In this document: piece by piece, positions 55,986 through 60,496 of the stretch
Layout of the letters: every line of letters begins with the position of its first letter
Position numbering within the stretch: position 1 is the stretch's first letter
Virus record (IMG/VR): IMGVR_UViG_3300033146_000395
Location: 1-60,496 of that record
Direction: 5' to 3' (one strand)
Length of the DNA: 60,496 nt
Source of the DNA: a virus
Lineage: Duplodnaviria; Caudoviricetes
Translations under genes and position numbers: made by a program
The notes under the pieces: generated by a model
What the model saw: the letters and a program-made list of their open reading frames with translations, nothing else
What the model was told of the DNA's origin: nothing
The model's database searches: none

Positions 55986-56672
55986 AGGGTCAAAAATGAC
56001 CCTTTGAGGGGTGCAAATCCCCTCTTATTTGCTAATCTTATCGAGTTTGACAAATGTAGGAATTTTCCTACATAGTCATAAGTAGTAGCATCAACGAGGC
56101 GCAACGCCATACAGACGCAAAGTCTATTCGTTGAAGTGAAGCCAAAATAAGAGGATATACTGATAACACAGAGGAACGACCTCTCGATGACCGACAAAGG
56201 TACATGGGAAAGGTGTATGCAGTGCCGTACAACGATACGCGCCGTAGAACTACGCTACGAACAAACACTTACACTATCCACATGCGACTGATGTTAGTGT
56301 GACTATCATGATGAAAGCGATTGACAAAAATACTCATGCATGGGGTTGCCTTGTAGTGACAGAACACAGGTATATCAAAGCCCAATATCGCTATGCATAC
56401 CTACGAGATTTCGGTACTTCGGTACAAGCGTAGGGTTTACCCTTTCAGTATGGGGCTGTTTATATATTTTCAGCCAAAAAAATACCATACGACAAGCAAG
56501 TGCAGACACAGAGGGATAAACACGTACAGATATATTGCAGTAGAACGGAACAGAGAGAAATGCAATAGACAAATATATATATAAATCTATGGCTAAGGTT
56601 GAGCTGTCTGAGAATGATTGAAAGACAAAAACCTACACTACCAACGGGGCGAGGCTCGATACCTTTCCCCGT
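55986..56672 (+). ncRNA. Candidate large structured non-coding RNA (~690 nt)
   Basis: No credible ORF; more than 12 complementary helices incl. nested junctions, a C(UUCG)G tetraloop and two T-loop-like hairpins (see findings). Confidence 0.55.
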
Positions 56673-56688
56673 ATCTAATTTTTAAGTT

Positions 56689-56901
56689 ATGCAACAGAGA
56701 AAACGAGTTCGCACTAAAAGTGTGGGCATATTCATGCATAATCAATACACCAGCAGACGAAAGAAATTTGGTGAATTGGTTAAATTAAGACTGATCGAGA
56801 AAGGTCTTGACATTACGACTGCGACATTCAAAGCAGAATGCCAACTACTAAACAATGAGTTAAGGCAAAGCAGACTTGAACGACAACTATCAATGATATG
56901 A
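56689..56901 (+). CDS. hypothetical early protein
   Basis: 70-aa basic ORF coupled to the next gene. Confidence 0.6.
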   Translation: MQQRKRVRTKSVGIFMHNQYTSRRKKFGELVKLRLIEKGLDITTATFKAECQLLNNELRQSRLERQLSMI

Positions 56902-57131
56902 AAGTAGAGTTGAAATATAAGGACGGCAAAGCCATTGGTTGGTCAATGAACGCAGAAAACCATGAGGAAAGACTGATTGTGAATACGATTAGAGACATGG
57001 AATTTTGGGGTACAGACGACAGGTGTATAGTGTATGACGGCAGAGAAGGTGGATCAATGGACTATGCAGGTAAATTAAAATGGGTACAAAAACGATACCA
57101 AAGAAAAAACATGGGTAGAAATGACTTTTAA
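56898..57131 (+). CDS. hypothetical early protein
   Basis: 77 aa, ATGA overlap. Confidence 0.65.
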   Translation: MKVELKYKDGKAIGWSMNAENHEERLIVNTIRDMEFWGTDDRCIVYDGREGGSMDYAGKLKWVQKRYQRKNMGRNDF

Positions 57132-57267
57132 ATACAAACGACTGGCAACTGGAGTTGTCATAGTCCACACTCCAACCCTATCGGGGAGTGAGAGAGTAGA
57201 GGTCTATACTAAAAATGATTTCATGTATAGGGCTCATAGTAGATTAGAGAAGCTATATAAACCATAA
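57121..57267 (+). CDS. small early protein (48 aa, not in ORF track)
   Basis: MTFKYKRLATGVVIVHTPTLSGSERVEVYT... Confidence 0.55.
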   Translation: MTFKYKRLATGVVIVHTPTLSGSERVEVYTKNDFMYRAHSRLEKLYKP

Positions 57268-57271
57268 GTAT

Positions 57272-57493
57272 ATGAGCGAAGAAAAGCACGTAAGCGTACC
57301 ACTGCAACTACTAAAAGACCTTAGAGTTCAGTTAAGGTCACATGGAGAATTGTTGAAATTATTTAAAGCATTAGATAACAATGACAACTATTTTCATGAA
57401 TGTAATGTTTGGTCAGATTATCATGACAAATATATACATGAAGATGAAGCGTATTTTGATGAAGAATACGATGATTGGAAACTTATAGAATAA
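57272..57493 (+). CDS. hypothetical early protein with acidic aromatic C-terminal motif
   Basis: VWSDYHDKYIHEDEAYFDEEYDDW. Confidence 0.65.
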   Translation: MSEEKHVSVPLQLLKDLRVQLRSHGELLKLFKALDNNDNYFHECNVWSDYHDKYIHEDEAYFDEEYDDWKLIE

Positions 57494-57500
57494 ATAAATT

Positions 57501-57809
57501 ATGACTAATTATGACAACTGGCTGGTTGAACAAGAACACAGCTATCGGGGCTGGAACAAGAAAGCCCCAAGAACATGCGATATCACAGGCGAAGGCATGT
57601 GGGAAGGATTTGTATTGCATGACACGAAGTACATTAAGTACGAACACGATCTATTGGAAGAACTACGGAAATTAGATTGGAGTGAAGAAGAACTCAAGTA
57701 CGATATGAAAGTCAGTAGAATGACCGACCAAGAGATAGTCGAGATGTCGTATGAGGAGGGTGTCCACTATTGGACTGAATGGGAAATAGAAGATGAATTT
57801 CAAGATTAA
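57501..57809 (+). CDS. hypothetical early protein
   Basis: RTCDITGEGMWEGF...YWTEWE. Confidence 0.7.
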   Translation: MTNYDNWLVEQEHSYRGWNKKAPRTCDITGEGMWEGFVLHDTKYIKYEHDLLEELRKLDWSEEELKYDMKVSRMTDQEIVEMSYEEGVHYWTEWEIEDEFQD

Positions 57810-57812
57810 ATT

Positions 57813-58280
57813 ATGGGATTAGATATGTATTTGACAAAGGAAACTTATGTCAAGCAATGGGAACATCAAACTGATGAGGAAAGACACGAAGTGAGTGTCA
57901 AAAAGGGTGGAGAAGTACACCCAACAATTCAAACCAACAGAATTTCTGGAGTGGTTGAAGAAATTATGTATTGGAGAAAGGCGAACGCCATTCATGGGTG
58001 GTTCGTGGATAATTGTCAAGACGGCATAGACCAGTGTCAAAGGGCTCATGTAAGTGTAGAGCAACTGAAAGAACTCAGGGATTTGTGTCAGAAAGTTGTA
58101 CTTGAGAAGAAACCTGAGCTTTTGCCACCAAGAGAGGGGTTTTTCTTTGGGTCAAACACAGCAGATGACTGGTACTATTCTGATTTGGCAGAGACGGTGG
58201 CAGAACTTGACAAAGAACTCAAAGGTAAAACTGAAGAGGACTCTTGGTCAGTAGACTACTATTACAGATCATCATGGTAA
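57813..58280 (+). CDS. conserved phage protein
   Basis: MGLDMYL, YWRKANAIHGWF, LLP..GFFFG, YY.SSW pattern. Confidence 0.8.
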   Translation: MGLDMYLTKETYVKQWEHQTDEERHEVSVKKGGEVHPTIQTNRISGVVEEIMYWRKANAIHGWFVDNCQDGIDQCQRAHVSVEQLKELRDLCQKVVLEKKPELLPPREGFFFGSNTADDWYYSDLAETVAELDKELKGKTEEDSWSVDYYYRSSW

Positions 58281-58429
58281 CGGAACTAACAGAACTACGA
58301 AAGTGGTTGAGAGTGTGGAAATATCCACCTAATGACGCAGCTTTTGACGAGGCTGAGCGACACCTAACAAAGGTGCACGACAAGTATGGGACAGTAGATC
58401 CCGTGATTATACAACAACTATTAAAATAA
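58274..58429 (+). CDS. small early protein
   Basis: MVTELTELRKWL...; likely start at 58274. Confidence 0.5.
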   Translation: MVTELTELRKWLRVWKYPPNDAAFDEAERHLTKVHDKYGTVDPVIIQQLLK

Positions 58430-58434
58430 AAGTA

Positions 58435-58575
58435 ATGAAATTTATAGACTTATTTTTTGACATCATAGCTTTATTCCTGATTGTAATGTGCATTCTTGGG
58501 ATAGGAAAGCTAGCACACATGTTGGTAACAGAAGGAGTGGACAATGCTACCTTCGGGATATTTGAGGTGCTATGA
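58435..58575 (+). CDS. small membrane protein (46 aa, not in ORF track)
   Basis: MKFIDLFFDIIALFLIVMCILGIGKL... Confidence 0.55.
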   Translation: MKFIDLFFDIIALFLIVMCILGIGKLAHMLVTEGVDNATFGIFEVL

Positions 58576-58670
58576 TAAGTAATTGCTGTGGTGCACCACC
58601 ATCATACTTCAGTGATGAATTGTGTGGTGCATGTTTAGAATGGGCAGAATTTGAAAACGAGGACACATGA
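58572..58670 (+). CDS. Tiny Cys-rich zinc-binding protein (32 aa, not in ORF track)
   Basis: MISNCCGAPP...LCGACLEWAEF; ATGA overlaps on both sides. Confidence 0.7.
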   Translation: MISNCCGAPPSYFSDELCGACLEWAEFENEDT

Positions 58671-59083
58671 GAAAGTTTTTTATTGAAGGGCAAGACGTTA
58701 TGGACTTGTTCTATAATCAAGAAGATGTTTGCCGAGTATCTGTTTGCGAACATGAGCCATACGCAACCGACAAAGAAAATCTGAAACACAGCGAGTGGTT
58801 TCGAGTTGTTGAGTTTGGATACACAGCGATTGCCGTACAAGACGGATGGGGTTATTCAGCAAAACCCATTAAATATGAAGATGTAACAATGGTAAAGGTC
58901 AATAGCAGTGAGGGTAAATACGTGCTTGTTAGAAATCGTGAGAACCCACCCTTTGTTTGGCTTCGTTTGTTAGAACACTACGCATGGTATGTAGATGAAG
59001 AAGAAAGTGCAGGAAACATACCACTTAAATATAGAGAGTGGTTAAACGAGTATGGGCAAATCATAATAGAAAAATACTTATGA
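58667..59083 (+). CDS. hypothetical early protein
   Basis: 138 aa, coupled to neighbours. Confidence 0.65.
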   Translation: MRKFFIEGQDVMDLFYNQEDVCRVSVCEHEPYATDKENLKHSEWFRVVEFGYTAIAVQDGWGYSAKPIKYEDVTMVKVNSSEGKYVLVRNRENPPFVWLRLLEHYAWYVDEEESAGNIPLKYREWLNEYGQIIIEKYL

Positions 59084-59271
59084 GTAGATGTAGATGTGGA
59101 AACGAGATACCCCAAGGCAGAATAGCTTTGGGGTTTTTTAATTGTGTCAGTTGTTCATCAACTGAAATGTATAGCTATGTGCCGATTATATACCATAAGA
59201 CAGGCAACACAATACAGATTGTAGACCAAGCTACAAGCAGAGCTGTACATAAATCTTGGAGGAGAAAGTGA
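59080..59271 (+). CDS. DksA/TraR-type C4 zinc-finger protein
   Basis: CRCGNEIPQGRIALGFFNCVSCS; start at 59080. Confidence 0.65.
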   Translation: MSRCRCGNEIPQGRIALGFFNCVSCSSTEMYSYVPIIYHKTGNTIQIVDQATSRAVHKSWRRK

Positions 59272-59289
59272 AAATTAAAATAAACAAAA

Positions 59290-59454
59290 GTGACTAGAGA
59301 TCAATTAATAGAGAAGGTGACAGACAAGTGGACAGATAATATATACAGCGATATCGTTGATGTATTGGAAGCATATACACTTGAATTCCAAATGGAAGAT
59401 GAAGCAAAACTTGTTGATGAAGTGATTGCTAAAATGATTGAAATGTATAAATAA
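59290..59454 (+). CDS. small acidic helical protein (54 aa, GTG start, not in ORF track)
   Basis: MTRDQLIEKVTDKW...; TAATG coupling to the next gene. Confidence 0.55.
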   Translation: MTRDQLIEKVTDKWTDNIYSDIVDVLEAYTLEFQMEDEAKLVDEVIAKMIEMYK

Positions 59455-59603
59455 TGTTTGATATAGTTTATAGATCCCAATGGGGGAATGAAGTAGTTGA
59501 CACTGCCGACACTAGGCAGGAAGCTGAATACTTGCGTGGCGAGTACATGCTAGCATTCAATAGTAGTAATATAACAATTAGAAAAGGAAGGAAAGATGAA
59601 TGA
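59454..59603 (+). CDS. small phage protein (49 aa, not in ORF track)
   Basis: MFDIVYRSQWGNEVVDTADTRQEAEYLRGEYMLAF... Confidence 0.65.
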   Translation: MFDIVYRSQWGNEVVDTADTRQEAEYLRGEYMLAFNSSNITIRKGRKDE

Positions 59604-60496
59604 GGAATTAGTTGAGGACTTGGTCCAAGTGTACCCTGATGATGGGGAACACAATAAAGACGAGTGTGTGTATGCCGACTATGTAGATAGGTATATACTA
59701 AAGGAAGATGCATATCAGTGTGAGGAAACTGGAAGCTGGTATCATCAGCATAATGTCCATGATCACATGACATGGTGCGAATATGACGGCGTGTGGGTTG
59801 AGCATGAGTATGCTTGGAGATGTGAGGCAAATGATGAGTATTTTTATCACACCGACTACAAAGGAGAGTTGTATAACAATGAAGGGTATATTCATACTGA
59901 AAACCCTGATGAGTACGAATATGTGGAGCATGGTCGCGCCGAAGGGTATTGGCTGTATCGAGACGACACTGCATGGTGCTATGATATAGATGGGCCTGTT
60001 CATAGTGATGACGCATTTTATTGCGAGGACGATGGGGAGTACTACTATGATGAAGATGAGATGCCAAGTAGATCTAACGATGAAGATATATGTTCGTATC
60101 ACGGCTCACCTCAGCCAGAGATGATTCTAAATGCAGATGATAGCTATATGAGAATCGGATTTGAGATAGAGAAGACGTACTTTAGAGGGTTCAATGGTTA
60201 TGATGTAGATTCCGAGGGTGATCATGTAGGCTCTCACACTTTGTTCAAAGGCTACGAGAGTGACAGCTCATGTGGAGTTGAAGCTATCACAAACATACTA
60301 CCACTAGATAGTCCAAGGAGTGAGGGTAGGAATGCAGTGTTTGAGTATTTTGACGAGGCAGAATGTATTATCAATTCGCCAGCGAGCAAAAGATGTGGTG
60401 GACATATATGTATATCTGTGATGGGTTGGAATCCATACGATATGCTTGACAGAATGCGTGGTAACATGGCAATACTGTACTCAATGTACAGATGGA
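59596..60496 (+). CDS. Putative amidoligase (COOH-NH2 ligase fold), N-terminal part; not in ORF track because it has no stop in the window
   Basis: Hand translation from ATG 59596: acidic Cys/His/Tyr/Trp-rich N-terminus, then RIGFEIEK, ESDSSCGVEAIT, KRCGGHICIS; open to the last base. Confidence 0.8.
   Translation, partial: MNEELVEDLVQVYPDDGEHNKDECVYADYVDRYILKEDAYQCEETGSWYHQHNVHDHMTWCEYDGVWVEHEYAWRCEANDEYFYHTDYKGELYNNEGYIHTENPDEYEYVEHGRAEGYWLYRDDTAWCYDIDGPVHSDDAFYCEDDGEYYYDEDEMPSRSNDEDICSYHGSPQPEMILNADDSYMRIGFEIEKTYFRGFNGYDVDSEGDHVGSHTLFKGYESDSSCGVEAITNILPLDSPRSEGRNAVFEYFDEAECIINSPASKRCGGHICISVMGWNPYDMLDRMRGNMAILYSMYRW

Noticed and set aside
55880-56584. Short ORFs in the candidate ncRNA region (55880-56197, 56068-56268, 56375-56572, 56393-56584)
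   Set aside because: Mostly antisense to the early arm, no coupling to neighbours, and composition unlike the acidic or Lys-rich real genes.
55980-56680. tRNA or tmRNA genes suggested by T-loop-like hairpins and GGGGCTG at 56452
   Set aside because: No cloverleaf, no acceptor stem with CCA, and no matching tmRNA 3' end could be built.
59468-60467. Minus-strand ORFs 59468-60067, 59698-60102, 60252-60467 and + ORF 59783-59989
   Set aside because: Shadows of the + strand amidoligase frame starting at 59596, which carries recognisable catalytic motifs.
1-60496. Stop-codon reassignment as in some crAss-like phages
   Set aside because: Long genes are intact in the standard code, and TAA, TAG and TGA all end genes at tight gene junctions.
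1-60496. Prophage or host chromosomal origin (because of groEL/groES and DnaA-like genes)
   Set aside because: No integrase, repressor cassette or flanking housekeeping genes; the chaperonins are divergent and embedded among phage genes, and the ends join in frame.

Overview
The window looks like an essentially complete ~60.5 kb genome of a lytic, podovirus-type dsDNA phage of Bacteroidota (Flavobacteria-like host, inferred from many TAnnTTTG promoters). It appears circularly permuted: one amidoligase ORF runs off the right end and continues in frame at base 1. Two opposed arms are present. The + arm (55.5 kb to the end, then 1-12.08 kb) carries small early genes, an amidoligase plus a GATase-II/gamma-glutamylcyclotransferase fusion, a Sak3-like annealase, a RecE-like exonuclease, a primase-helicase, a SNF2 helicase, VRR-NUC, two DnaA-domain-IV-like proteins and a metallophosphoesterase. 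The - arm (55.2 to 12.06 kb) carries GroEL/GroES, a run of tiny basic proteins, head-spike and lysis genes, tail fibres, a second GroES-like protein, terminase, portal, scaffold, capsid, tail ring/nozzle proteins and ejection proteins (one LPD38-like). I could not recognise a DNA polymerase, RNA polymerase, integrase, tRNA or CRISPR array. The most notable unexplained signals are a ~700-nt, densely base-paired candidate ncRNA flanked by T-loop hairpins (55986-56672), the phage peptide-ligase module, a pseudoknot/terminator switch leader (2668-2717), an iteron-like repeat cluster and a 50-bp alternating purine-pyrimidine tract at the strand switch, and a split tail nozzle carrying Cys-rich repeats. 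All protein family calls come from motif recognition by eye; no searches were run.
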